Shown piece after piece: positions 1-9,334 of a DNA stretch of 44,372 nucleotides. The position numbers and the translations under genes were made by a program. The notes below the pieces were generated by a model. That model was not told where the DNA came from. It made no database searches and worked only from the letters and a program-made list of their open reading frames with translations. The DNA comes from Sedimentisphaerales bacterium (GTDB taxonomy: Bacteria > Planctomycetota > Phycisphaerae > Sedimentisphaerales > Anaerobacaceae). Position 1 is the stretch's first letter. Each line of letters opens with the position of its first letter. The stretch spans positions 1-44,372 of the forward strand of contig JANQFY010000178.1 of NCBI GenBank assembly GCA_028277585.1, read 5' to 3'.

Positions 1-1
1 G

Positions 2-562
2 CAGGGCTTGATGGCGGTCGCCATGGTCCAGATGGGCCGCTTCTATGGCTTCCCGGTCTATGTCAACGTGGGGCTCACCGACGCCAAGACGCTCGACGCC
101 CAAGCAGGGATGGAAAAGGGCATGACGATGCTCATGGGCGCCTCGGCCGGCGCGGACATGTTCGGCCATGCGGGCATCTGTGGGACCGACCATGCGGGGA
201 GCCTGGAATGGCTTCTGGCCGACCATGAACTGATGGCCTATGTCAAGCGGGCTACTGAGGGCTTTGATGTCACCGCCGATACGCTGGCTACTGAGGTTAT
301 CGAGAGCGTGGGGCCCGCCGCGAATTTCCTGGCCGACGAACATACGGCGCGTCACTTTCGCAACGAACTATGGATGCCCAGCACCACCTGGGCGCGAACC
401 GGTTGGGACGCCTGGGCCGACGCGGGACGGGAGACGATGGGCGACCGCTTGCGCAACGAGGTGCGACGCATCCTGAGCGAACCCGCCCCGGAACCCATCG
501 ACGAGAAACTCAGCGCCGAGATCGACGGTATCGTCGAGGAGGCCCGCAGGCAATTGGAATAA
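2..562 (+). CDS. C-terminal ~185 aa of an MttB-superfamily methyltransferase (trimethylamine/glycine-betaine:corrinoid methyltransferase family); the 5' end lies outside the window
   Basis: The open frame runs from the window edge. The C-terminal sequence (…GHAGICGTDHAGSLEW…HTARHFRNELW…) is recognisable as the MttB-family tail. The first in-frame ATG is at 11. Confidence 0.55.
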   Translation, partial: QGLMAVAMVQMGRFYGFPVYVNVGLTDAKTLDAQAGMEKGMTMLMGASAGADMFGHAGICGTDHAGSLEWLLADHELMAYVKRATEGFDVTADTLATEVIESVGPAANFLADEHTARHFRNELWMPSTTWARTGWDAWADAGRETMGDRLRNEVRRILSEPAPEPIDEKLSAEIDGIVEEARRQLE

Positions 563-718
563 CTTGGGGCTGACCCAACTCCCGTACACTCCTGTCATCC
601 TGAACGGAACGCTGCGGAGTGAAGGATCCGTGCCTTGATACTGAGAAGTGCCCGATTTCTCAGCCAGATCCTTCGGCATCGCCTCAGGATGACAAGCGAG
701 TTGATCCAACTCGCATTG

Positions 719-2155
719 TCACTTCGCCAGCTCGCCGAAGCGGTTGGCGATCGCCAGCGCCGGGTCCAGCGGCACGTCGACCGCGACCAGATCGTCCGGG
801 ATGCTGATGATCGGCCTTTTCGCCAGTTCCTTGCCCGCAAACTCGGGCAACCACTGTTTCTCGGCCTCCATCATCTCGCGCGTCATATCCCGAACTTCCT
901 TGAGCGTACAGACCGCCGAAGTGAGCGGGTCCATCGCAATCGCCTGCATGGCGTACTCCGGATTGCCTTCCAAAGCCGCCTCGACCACCAGTTGCTGTAC
1001 CGTAACATTGCTCTGATTCAGCGCCGCACAGGGCAAGGGCAGATCACCGATCGTCACCGGATGCAGGCCCTGAGAATCGACGTAGACGGGAACCTCCACA
1101 CAACAGCCCTGCGGCAGGTTGGTGATGTAGCCGTCGTTGCGCACGTTGCCGTTTAGGCGGAAGGGCCGGTCCGTCTGGGCCGCTTCGAGGATGTACGAGC
1201 AGTATTCGACGCTACGGCCCTCGATCTTGGGCGATTCGGTCGCCAGATAGTCGACGCTCTTGTACTTCTCGGCCAGCATGTTGCAGTAGTGGTAATAGGC
1301 CCCGGAGGCGCCGCCGAAATCAGGCTGATCGCAATACAACTCCAGCGCCCTGCGACTGCTGCGGAACCACGGGATGTACTCGGACAGATGGCCCGTGCTC
1401 TCGGTCATGAAGTAGCCAAAGTGACGCATGACCTCGCAGCGAACCTTCTCGGTGACGTAATACTCGGCCTTCTCGATGTTCTCTTTGAGGATCGGGTACA
1501 GGTCGCGCCCGTCGCGCTTGTCACGGAGCGAGAGGAACCACGCCATGTGGTTGATACCGGCGCAGGTGTGATCCACCTGATTCTTGGGCACGTCCACGTA
1601 GCGACTGATCAGGTCCAGCGTCGTCTGGACCCCGTGACAGAGGCCGATGAACTGCACGTCCGCGACCCGGCCCAGCGCCGAGCAATTGGCGCCCATGGGA
1701 TTGGCGTAGTTCAACAGAATCGCATCGGGGCATAGTTCGTTCATGTCCCACGACATATCGGCCAGGACGGGGATGGTGCGCAGCGCCCGGAAGACGCCGC
1801 CGGGACCGATGGAGTCGGCGATGCACTGATCCACACCGTACTTGAGCGGGATCTCGTAGTCCATGCGGAACGCCTCGACGCCACCGACCTGGATCATGTT
1901 GATCACGTAGGTCGCGCCGTCCAGCGCCTCGCGCCGATCCAGCGTCGCCGTGACCTTGGTGGGAAGCTTGTTCTCCTCGACCACCTTGCGAACGAACTCC
2001 TCCATCTTGTCGAGCTTGGGCTTGGTCCGGTTCATCAGGCAGATCTCGACATCCTGCAGCGCCTCGGTAGCCAGGATGTCCATCGTCAGCGTCTTGCAGA
2101 AGATGAGACTTCCGGCGCCGATCATTGCGATTTTCGGTTTAGGCATAATAAGCAC
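719..2155 (-). CDS. Glycoside hydrolase family 4 (NAD+/Mn2+-dependent alpha-glucosidase/alpha-galactosidase type)
   Basis: 478 aa. N-terminal Rossmann motif KIAMIGAGS. GH4 hallmark motifs LLNYANPMG and the catalytic Cys-His (FIGLCHGVQ). No signal peptide, as expected for the cytoplasmic GH4 family. Confidence 0.85.
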   Translation of the reverse strand: MLIMPKPKIAMIGAGSLIFCKTLTMDILATEALQDVEICLMNRTKPKLDKMEEFVRKVVEENKLPTKVTATLDRREALDGATYVINMIQVGGVEAFRMDYEIPLKYGVDQCIADSIGPGGVFRALRTIPVLADMSWDMNELCPDAILLNYANPMGANCSALGRVADVQFIGLCHGVQTTLDLISRYVDVPKNQVDHTCAGINHMAWFLSLRDKRDGRDLYPILKENIEKAEYYVTEKVRCEVMRHFGYFMTESTGHLSEYIPWFRSSRRALELYCDQPDFGGASGAYYHYCNMLAEKYKSVDYLATESPKIEGRSVEYCSYILEAAQTDRPFRLNGNVRNDGYITNLPQGCCVEVPVYVDSQGLHPVTIGDLPLPCAALNQSNVTVQQLVVEAALEGNPEYAMQAIAMDPLTSAVCTLKEVRDMTREMMEAEKQWLPEFAGKELAKRPIISIPDDLVAVDVPLDPALAIANRFGELAK

Positions 2156-2192
2156 CTCCTAAATGCATGATGTCCTGTCTGAACCATCCAAG

Positions 2193-5100
2193 CTAGTTCG
2201 TCAGATTCTCAAAGAGATACAATCCACTCTTACCGGGCGCGACGACGTCGATGTCACCGTCGCCATCCATATCGACCGCTTCGGTATTGATGCCGAGCCC
2301 CACGCGCCCTCCTTCGTGCATCGTATGACGTATCCACGTCCCAGCCGAACGGTCGAAATCATAGTAGTAGACACACACCTGATCGTTGCCGCCCGGGTCC
2401 TTGCCATTGTGGGCATGATAGCGTTTGCCCGTGATGAGTTCATCCTTCTTGTCGTTGTCCAGGTCGGCCAGGATCAGGAAATGCGGCTGCGACCAGGAAT
2501 CGTCGATCAAGTGCTTCGTCCAGAGACGTTTGGCTCCCTGTTTCTCCTGCTCCAACCAGAACAAGCCGTAGTTGTGCCCCAGCCCCCAAATGATGTCGGC
2601 ATCGCCATCCTCGTCGACATCGTGCACAAGGATCGGGATGCTCGCGTGGCCCAGGTCGAACTCGGCATGCCATTGCCACCCGTCGGCCGTCTGCTCGGCC
2701 CAGCCTTTCGGCGCGACGATGTCACAGCGCCCGTCCCCGCTGATGTCACCCGAACCGAGACCATGACCGGCCGCCGGTTGGGGCAAGGGATGTTTCTCCC
2801 ATCGCACCCCTTGCGGCGCCGAGGCGTCGCGATGGAACTCGTACCACGCCGCCTGACTCATGATGTTGGGCAAGACGTCCGGTTGGCCGTCCCCATTGAT
2901 GTCGGCGAGCATGGCGGTTTCCATGTTACCCGGCGTGTCGACCTCGAACACATCCCAGGGGCCGCCCTTCTCGCCCGGGTTGCGCACCCAGAAGACCAAT
3001 TTGTTGTGCCAGGCGGCGTTGGCGATATCGGTCCAGCCGTCCCCATCCACGTCGACCGGAAGGTTCGCAAAGTCATAGTAGTAGTCGCCCTGCTCCTTCA
3101 CCGCGCGGACGAAGTGCTTCTTCCAACTCGGCGCTTCGTACCAGAATCCGCCGCAGAAGATGTCCAGCTTGCCGTCACGATTGACGTCGACAACGCCCGC
3201 CGCCTCGAAACGCGAGTCGGCATTGATCGTGTGCAGCTTGAATCCCTCGCCCAGTCGCGGCTCGGGCGCTTTGACATCCTTGACGCGAACGACCGCCCCC
3301 CAGGGCATGTTGTTCTGGGTCACTTTGAGCATCAGACGATTGACGCCCTTCTTCAGAGTCACTTTCACGCGATCCGGCTCCGGCATGAGCGGGCGCATGA
3401 TGTTGTTGGCATGGATTACCTGACCATTGAGCCAGGCTTTGACGCCGTCGTCACTGAAGATCTCCAGCGTCGTGGTCCGCTGTTCGGGCGACTCGAACTG
3501 CGTCCGCAGATAAGCGACGCGCTGCTCACCACCATTGAGTTCCTTCAGAAGATCAAGATACGCCGGGTGCCCACCTGCGGCCGAGATGGGCATCTTGCGC
3601 CATGAGACCTGAGCGTCCTTCAACTCAGGGCCAAACGGCATGTCGAACAGTTGGGTGCACTGCTTACCTTTCGCCAGATAGGGCCCAGCCACCTCCCAAT
3701 TCCTCAGATAGCTGCGGACCGCCTCGATCTCATCGAGCGTCTTCTGCGCCTCTTCTTTGATGTTTGACGCCACTTGGGCCGCGACGACACGCTTCAGCGC
3801 CGCACTGACCGGTTCGGCATTACCCGCATGGATGTCCTTAGCGATCGTCACCGTCGCCAGCGCCGCCTCCTGGCGGACCTGTGCGTCATCAAGGGATGAC
3901 GCCGAGAGCTTCAGCGCCTCAACCGTCTTGATCCGGGGCAGCACGGCGAGCACCCTGCGCTTCTCCGCTGGGCCCTTGGCCAGGCCCATTGCGGTCCGAC
4001 AACACTTCAGTCGCGCCGCCAGTGGCATGTCCGCCGACGCAGTCAGATCGATGTACCCGCGCAGAGCGAGGACCCGATGGGTCCGATTCTCCGACTCGCG
4101 CGCCACGCGCAACAGATCGGTCATCGGCTGGCCGTTCGGCCATTGACTCAAGGCGACGATTGCCGCTCGTCGAATGTCCGCGTCCTCGTCACGCAAAGCT
4201 CTGCGAAGCACGGGCAGAGCCGGTTCGCAACCCAGTTCCCCAAGCGTCAGCAACAGAGCGCCGCGGGTTTCGCCCTTGGCGGTGCCCTCTCCTTTGATAA
4301 TGAGTCGAGACACCTTCGCCTCTGCTTCAAGTCGATGCGCTACGGAGACCAGCATCTTTCGGACGGCATCGCGACCGCCCGCCTTGGCCTCGACCAACAG
4401 CGTTGTCAGAGCCACCAGATCATCCGCATCGGCCAGGTCGCGCAGCGCCTCGACGGACGCCCGTCGCACCCGACGATTGTCGCTGTCGACGGTATCAAGA
4501 ATCAGTGGCACGGCATTCAGTACGTGGCGCGCCGCCAGGGCATGAAGGATCTCGCTCTGCTCCCGAGCCGGCGCGTGACGAATTCGGTGTTTGAGCAAAT
4601 CATCGATCTCGTTTCCAGGCAGGTTAACCAGACTCCTCCGCGCCGCGCGCTGTTCACCTTCGGAGCCGCGCGCCGCGGCCTGAAGAAGGACAGGAACCGA
4701 GTCGGCGTCGCCGATCGATCCGAGGGCCATCAGCGCAGCGGTTCGCACGGACACAACATCACTGCTGCACAGCGTTGTGACCGCCTTGAGTGAGACAGGA
4801 TCGCCCCGGTCCGCCAGGGCATAGATCAAAGGCACCTGGGCGGATGCCGACAGAGTTGGCGCCGCCGAGGCGACTTCCTCCAAAACAGTCCGGTCGGCAA
4901 GGTGCCTGACCACCATCGCAGCAGCAACCTGAAACTGCGCGTCCTTGCTCCTCAGCGCCGTCAGGAGTTCAGCGCTGCCCACGGCATGTCTGGCCAATCC
5001 AGCCAAGGCAGCACCGCGCAGACGACCGGGGAGATCGGACTGAAGCACCCGTCGATACATCTGCTCGGACCCGTCGTGGTCTTCAGCGGCCTGAAGTCGA

Positions 5101-5627
5101 TCGGCACAACCGAGACAGGCTTCAGCAACGGTCACGCGCACCTGGATGCTCGAAGTATTCAGGGCCTTTCGCAGCGCGTCAGCAGCCGCGGAAGTGTCGA
5201 TCTTCCCCAGAGCTGACGCGGCGGTGACAGCAATCGCGACATCCGTATCAGATAGCAGCGGCGCAAGAAGCGGGACGGCTTGCGGGTCGCGGCGCCAGCC
5301 GAGTGAATCGATCAGGCCCGCCTTGATCAAGCCGGAGGTGTCACCTAGAGCCTGGCGCAGCGCTGCGCCGGCTTCGGCGTACGGCATGACCTCCAGCGCG
5401 TTGCGCGCGGCGTGGGACAGCCGATCTTCGTTCAGCAGCGCGGCCAGCGCGGGTACGGAATTGGTCGTGCCGACAATGCGTAGGCGAAAGCACGCTGTGC
5501 ATTTCTGAGGGACGCCCGCGTCCGATCTCAGCGTCGTGATGAGGTCTTGTTCCTCGTCGGCACGGACATTGCCGACGGCAAGAACCAGAAGACACAGCAG
5601 TATAGGAAACAGGTGATTCTTCTTCAT
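2193..5627 (-). CDS. Secreted 1144-aa multidomain protein: signal peptide + HEAT/PBS-lyase repeats + jelly-roll/lectin-like middle domain + C-terminal FG-GAP/VCBS calcium-binding repeats
   Basis: N-terminus MKKNHLFPILLCLLVLAVGNVRA (signal peptide). Repeated HEAT-like units (…DSDNRRVRRASVEALRDLAD…, …DEDADIRRAAIVALSQ…). C-terminal DxDxDG repeats (DVDGDGWTDI, DISGDGRCDIV, DVDEDGDADII, DMDGDGDIDVV). Confidence 0.8.
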   Translation of the reverse strand: MKKNHLFPILLCLLVLAVGNVRADEEQDLITTLRSDAGVPQKCTACFRLRIVGTTNSVPALAALLNEDRLSHAARNALEVMPYAEAGAALRQALGDTSGLIKAGLIDSLGWRRDPQAVPLLAPLLSDTDVAIAVTAASALGKIDTSAAADALRKALNTSSIQVRVTVAEACLGCADRLQAAEDHDGSEQMYRRVLQSDLPGRLRGAALAGLARHAVGSAELLTALRSKDAQFQVAAAMVVRHLADRTVLEEVASAAPTLSASAQVPLIYALADRGDPVSLKAVTTLCSSDVVSVRTAALMALGSIGDADSVPVLLQAAARGSEGEQRAARRSLVNLPGNEIDDLLKHRIRHAPAREQSEILHALAARHVLNAVPLILDTVDSDNRRVRRASVEALRDLADADDLVALTTLLVEAKAGGRDAVRKMLVSVAHRLEAEAKVSRLIIKGEGTAKGETRGALLLTLGELGCEPALPVLRRALRDEDADIRRAAIVALSQWPNGQPMTDLLRVARESENRTHRVLALRGYIDLTASADMPLAARLKCCRTAMGLAKGPAEKRRVLAVLPRIKTVEALKLSASSLDDAQVRQEAALATVTIAKDIHAGNAEPVSAALKRVVAAQVASNIKEEAQKTLDEIEAVRSYLRNWEVAGPYLAKGKQCTQLFDMPFGPELKDAQVSWRKMPISAAGGHPAYLDLLKELNGGEQRVAYLRTQFESPEQRTTTLEIFSDDGVKAWLNGQVIHANNIMRPLMPEPDRVKVTLKKGVNRLMLKVTQNNMPWGAVVRVKDVKAPEPRLGEGFKLHTINADSRFEAAGVVDVNRDGKLDIFCGGFWYEAPSWKKHFVRAVKEQGDYYYDFANLPVDVDGDGWTDIANAAWHNKLVFWVRNPGEKGGPWDVFEVDTPGNMETAMLADINGDGQPDVLPNIMSQAAWYEFHRDASAPQGVRWEKHPLPQPAAGHGLGSGDISGDGRCDIVAPKGWAEQTADGWQWHAEFDLGHASIPILVHDVDEDGDADIIWGLGHNYGLFWLEQEKQGAKRLWTKHLIDDSWSQPHFLILADLDNDKKDELITGKRYHAHNGKDPGGNDQVCVYYYDFDRSAGTWIRHTMHEGGRVGLGINTEAVDMDGDGDIDVVAPGKSGLYLFENLTN

Positions 5628-5676
5628 TTGGATGCCCTCATAGTCACCAGGGACAATCGTCTGCTTGGGAACGGAG

Positions 5677-6987
5677 TCAAATCAACCACGGCGGACGCTT
5701 GCTGTAGGACAACAAACGGTTGGCCTGCTCGTCGCCCGGGAACTCGCCGTTGACCGGGTCCCACGTGACCGCCCGCTTTAAAGCCAGGGCAATGCCCCCG
5801 ACCAGGATCGCATTCATGGTGTACACCGCTGTCTCAGAATGGCAGATGGTCTGCCGACGCGTCCGAACACAGTCGAGGAAGTTGCCTGAATGACTGGTCG
5901 CATGATAGACGCGGGAATCATCCCGGCGCAACGGCTGTTTCAGAATCCGTCCCGGGTAGGAGACCAGATTGGATCGATCGACCGCGATACGCCCCTCGGT
6001 GCCCACGAAACAGGCGCCGCCCTCGCCGCCGATCGGCTCGCCCGGATAACCTCCCGAATGCACGACAACGCCGTTCGCATAGTGGTAGTGGATGGCGCCC
6101 TTGTCGTACTCGACCTCGATCGGCGCGGTCGGATCGGGATTGATCGTCCATTGAATGATGTCGTAGTGGTGCGGGCTCCAGTTCACGTCGCCGACGAACA
6201 GGCCGGGCAAGGCATGGCCGGCGTGCCCACCATAAGGTCGCCAGGGCAAGGGGCCGAGCCACATGTCCCAGTCGAGACCGGCCGGTACGGGCTTGGAATC
6301 GTCAGACGTCCAACCCCTCGGAAAAAACGCCCCGGGCGGGCGATAGGCGTAGACCTCCTTGAGTTGACCGAGACGTCCATTGCGAACCAGTTCGCACGTG
6401 ATGCGGAACTTGCCCCCGTATTCCGAGCGCTGCTGCATACCCGCCTGGTAGATGCGGCTGTACCGCCGCGCCGCCTCGACCAGACAACGCCCTTCACGTA
6501 CCGTGATCGCGATGGGCTTCTCGCAATAGACGTCCTTGCCCGATCGCATCGCCATGATCGCCATCGGGGCCGCCCAATGGTAGGGCAGCGCCAGCAGCAC
6601 GGCATCGATATCCGAACGAGCGAGAACCTTGCGAAAGTCATTGTACGCCTGCACGCCATTGTAGCTCTCCTGGGCGGTTCGCTCGGCGTAGATCTGGTTG
6701 CAGCGATGATGGGCCCGCTCGCGTCGATCGCGACGCACGTCACAGACCGCCTGCACCTGGACATCATCGCGGGCGATGTACCCGCCCGGCACATAGGTCC
6801 AGGCGCCGCCGACGAGGTGTCCACTGCCCTGCCCCCCGAGCCCGATGAACCCCATCCGAATCCGCTCGCTGGGCGGCGTGCCGCGGCCGCCCCCGAGGAC
6901 CGAGGACGTGACCACATGGGGCAAGGCGATATTAGCCGCCGCGACTTTCAAGAAGGCCCGGCGCGCTAGTGTCCCTGTACGTCTCAT
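5677..6987 (-). CDS. TAT-exported Gfo/Idh/MocA-family NAD(P)-dependent oxidoreductase
   Basis: TAT motif MRRTGTLARRAFLKVAAA. Rossmann motif IRMGFIGLGGQGSGH. EKP motif VYCEKPIAI. The six-frame ORF extends to 7116, but the first Met giving a twin-arginine signal is at 6987. Confidence 0.85.
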   Translation of the reverse strand: MRRTGTLARRAFLKVAAANIALPHVVTSSVLGGGRGTPPSERIRMGFIGLGGQGSGHLVGGAWTYVPGGYIARDDVQVQAVCDVRRDRRERAHHRCNQIYAERTAQESYNGVQAYNDFRKVLARSDIDAVLLALPYHWAAPMAIMAMRSGKDVYCEKPIAITVREGRCLVEAARRYSRIYQAGMQQRSEYGGKFRITCELVRNGRLGQLKEVYAYRPPGAFFPRGWTSDDSKPVPAGLDWDMWLGPLPWRPYGGHAGHALPGLFVGDVNWSPHHYDIIQWTINPDPTAPIEVEYDKGAIHYHYANGVVVHSGGYPGEPIGGEGGACFVGTEGRIAVDRSNLVSYPGRILKQPLRRDDSRVYHATSHSGNFLDCVRTRRQTICHSETAVYTMNAILVGGIALALKRAVTWDPVNGEFPGDEQANRLLSYSKRPPWLI

Positions 6988-7336
6988 AGAACCTCCCAGT
7001 CTTTTTGACCTACTATACCCACCCTTGGAACGACTGACAACACTGCTTAATCCACGCCAGCTCAGCATCTCGACCAGAAGCCATTCCTCCGGCCGCAGCC
7101 GACCCGCCATGGGCACGGCATCAAGGAGGAGGAGATTCGCCTAACGTCCAGCACTCGACGAGCCGATATGTCCGACAGACGGTGCGGGCGTCAACGAGAT
7201 ACACATCAACCATTTCGATGGCCCCGCCCTCCGTCGTTGCTCGTAAGCAGGGAGACAATCAGGAGGAGACCCAGCAGGTGAGGATTCGGAGAGTCATAGA
7301 GTCTGTCGCCATTGGTCTTAACTTATTCGAGAGGAA

Positions 7337-7864
7337 ATGGGAGTGAGAAAGCTGCGTATAACCGCAATGGTTCCGGCGATAGTCGTCACGGCGCTGTTGG
7401 TCTGTCACCTGGCCGGCGCTCTTTCCGGAACGAACGGAGAAGAGAAGCACCCAAGATTCGACGAAAGTGAATTCCTCGTGCTGCTGTTCCCCACACCGGA
7501 GAACGAACTCTGTCGAAGGGCCGTGATTGCGAGCCTTGAGGAGTGTGGGCGGGACGCAATTGAAGTCTGCCAGGATTCCAGGGTGATTACCGTCGCCAGA
7601 GACCTGTTCACGGCGGCGCCGCCCCAAGGTTACGCTAAGCTCATCGAAGGATTGAACGAGGCGTTGGCCCGGTGGGGTCGAGAGACGGACTGGGAGAGCG
7701 TTGCATGGGAATGTGGATCCGACAGGCGAAGAACGGTGGCAACGCTGCAAATCGAGGACAAACGGGGGACCCTGCGCCAACACACCTACCGGATCGACAA
7801 CGCTACAGCGCGCCCCATAGCGACGATGATCAAGCTCAACCCGGCGAAGAATCTGGCCAATTGA
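7337..7864 (+). CDS. Hypothetical secreted protein (175 aa); no recognisable domain
   Basis: N-terminal hydrophobic signal-like segment (MVPAIVVTALLVCHLAGALSG). The + frame has more protein-like composition than the overlapping minus frame at 7259-7783. Local GC looks lower than in the surrounding DNA. Confidence 0.4.
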   Translation: MGVRKLRITAMVPAIVVTALLVCHLAGALSGTNGEEKHPRFDESEFLVLLFPTPENELCRRAVIASLEECGRDAIEVCQDSRVITVARDLFTAAPPQGYAKLIEGLNEALARWGRETDWESVAWECGSDRRRTVATLQIEDKRGTLRQHTYRIDNATARPIATMIKLNPAKNLAN

Positions 7865-8071
7865 CCCAGAGCGTGAGCCGGGACGCTCGATAGTGGGAAA
7901 TCTGATCTGACCTTCGACTTTCGCAGAACCTCTCCCCAGCCGACGAGTAGAACCTAGACTCAGAGGACCAGAATGCGCCCGAGTGGGTGAACGACTGCTT
8001 ATAGGCCTAAATCCGTCTTATATAAGCCGCCCGGACGCGACAGATCGGATGATTGAGTCGAGGGAAGAGCG

Positions 8072-9199
8072 ATGATCAGTCAGACAATCGACAGAAAGCG
8101 AGCCGAAGCATTTGGGGAGCGAATGCTGGAGACCTTGAACGCCGGGGCGGTGGCGGTGATGATCTCCATCGGGCATCGCACGGGGCTCTTTGACACCTTA
8201 GGCAAGCTGCCCCCCGCGACGTCGGGCGAGATCGCGAGCGCCGCCGGGCTCAACGAGCGTTATGTGCGCGAATGGCTCGGCGCCATGTTCACCGGTGGTA
8301 TCGTCGAATGCGACGAGAATGGCGAGCGGTTCTGGCTGCCGCCGGAACATGCGGCCTGGCTGACGCGAGAGGCGTCCCCCGACAACATCGCCGTCTTCGC
8401 TCAATACGTCGCCCAGTCCGGCGCCGTGGAGGACCAGATCATCGACTGCTTCAGGAACGGCGGCGGCGTGCCCTACGCGGCATACCGGCGTTTCCATCAG
8501 ATAATGGCCGAAGACAGCGGTCAGACAGTCGTCCCTGCACTGACCGACAGGATCCTGCCTCTGGTTCCCGGGCTGGTCGAGGCACTGAAAGACGGAATTG
8601 ATGTGCTCGACATCGGCTGCGGCAGCGGGCGCGCCCTGACCCTGATGGGAGCGGCGTTTCCGAACAGCCGCTTCGTTGGGTACGATCTCTCCGAGGAGGC
8701 CATCGACATCGCCCGGGATCAAGTACGCAAGCAAGGTCTGACCAACGTGCAATTCTCACAGAAAGACCTCACCACGTTCGAGATCCCAGGATCTTACGGT
8801 TTAATCACCGCCTTCGACGCAATTCACGACCAGGCGCGACCCGATCGCGTGCTGGCCTCGATCGCCCAAGCCCTCAAGCCGGACGGTGTATTCCTCATGC
8901 AGGATATCGCCGCCTCGACGCATATCCACAAGAACGCCGACCACCCCGCCGGGCCCTTACTCTACACCATATCGTGCCTGCACTGCATGCCCGTGTCACT
9001 GGCTCAGAACGGCGCCGGGTTGGGCGCGATGTGGGGCCAGGAGAAGGCCCTGGAAATGCTTGAGGCTGCGGGCTTCTCGGACGTACAGATCAAGCGCCTG
9101 CCCCACGATTTCCAGAACAGCTACTTCATCGTGACCAAGCAGCGAGTCGCAACCAGCCCTGCGCTTGACGAAGTGCGCGAGAAAGCATATGCTGGGTAG
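8072..9199 (+). CDS. Class I SAM-dependent methyltransferase with an N-terminal winged-helix/dimerisation-like domain (O-methyltransferase-like)
   Basis: SAM-binding motif I VLDIGCGSGRALTLM. Acidic motif II …VGYDLSEE…. N-terminal ~100 aa resemble an O-MTase dimerisation domain. Confidence 0.8.
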   Translation: MISQTIDRKRAEAFGERMLETLNAGAVAVMISIGHRTGLFDTLGKLPPATSGEIASAAGLNERYVREWLGAMFTGGIVECDENGERFWLPPEHAAWLTREASPDNIAVFAQYVAQSGAVEDQIIDCFRNGGGVPYAAYRRFHQIMAEDSGQTVVPALTDRILPLVPGLVEALKDGIDVLDIGCGSGRALTLMGAAFPNSRFVGYDLSEEAIDIARDQVRKQGLTNVQFSQKDLTTFEIPGSYGLITAFDAIHDQARPDRVLASIAQALKPDGVFLMQDIAASTHIHKNADHPAGPLLYTISCLHCMPVSLAQNGAGLGAMWGQEKALEMLEAAGFSDVQIKRLPHDFQNSYFIVTKQRVATSPALDEVREKAYAG

Positions 9200-9334
9200 T
9201 GCAGCGTGACAGACGCGCATCCGTCGTCGCCGCTGTACGAGGGTGCTTGCGCCCCCGTTTGATGGAACTGCCCCGAGACCCATGGGGGCGGGGCAACACC
9301 CGATTTCCACATTTGCTTTAGGCTGGATCGAATC

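Noticed and set aside
562-600. Short hairpin (TTGGG-GCTGA-CCCAA) just after the MttB-like stop codon as a possible terminator
   Set aside because: The stem is only 5 bp and no U-tract follows, which is insufficient for an intrinsic terminator call.
5677-7116. Long N-terminal extensions in six-frame ORFs (5677-7116, 19196-20497, 20352-21905, 27607-29649, 30122-31624, 37539-38924, 38785-40257)
   Set aside because: In each case an internal Met immediately precedes a TAT, Sec or lipoprotein signal peptide or the conserved family N-terminus. The extensions lack such features and often lack an RBS. Starts were trimmed accordingly.
7259-7783. 174-aa minus-strand ORF overlapping the hypothetical + strand gene at 7337-7864
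   Set aside because: The translation lacks signal/TM features and looks low-complexity. The + strand frame has a plausible start/RBS context and a signal peptide. Only one of the two can be real, and neither is strongly supported.
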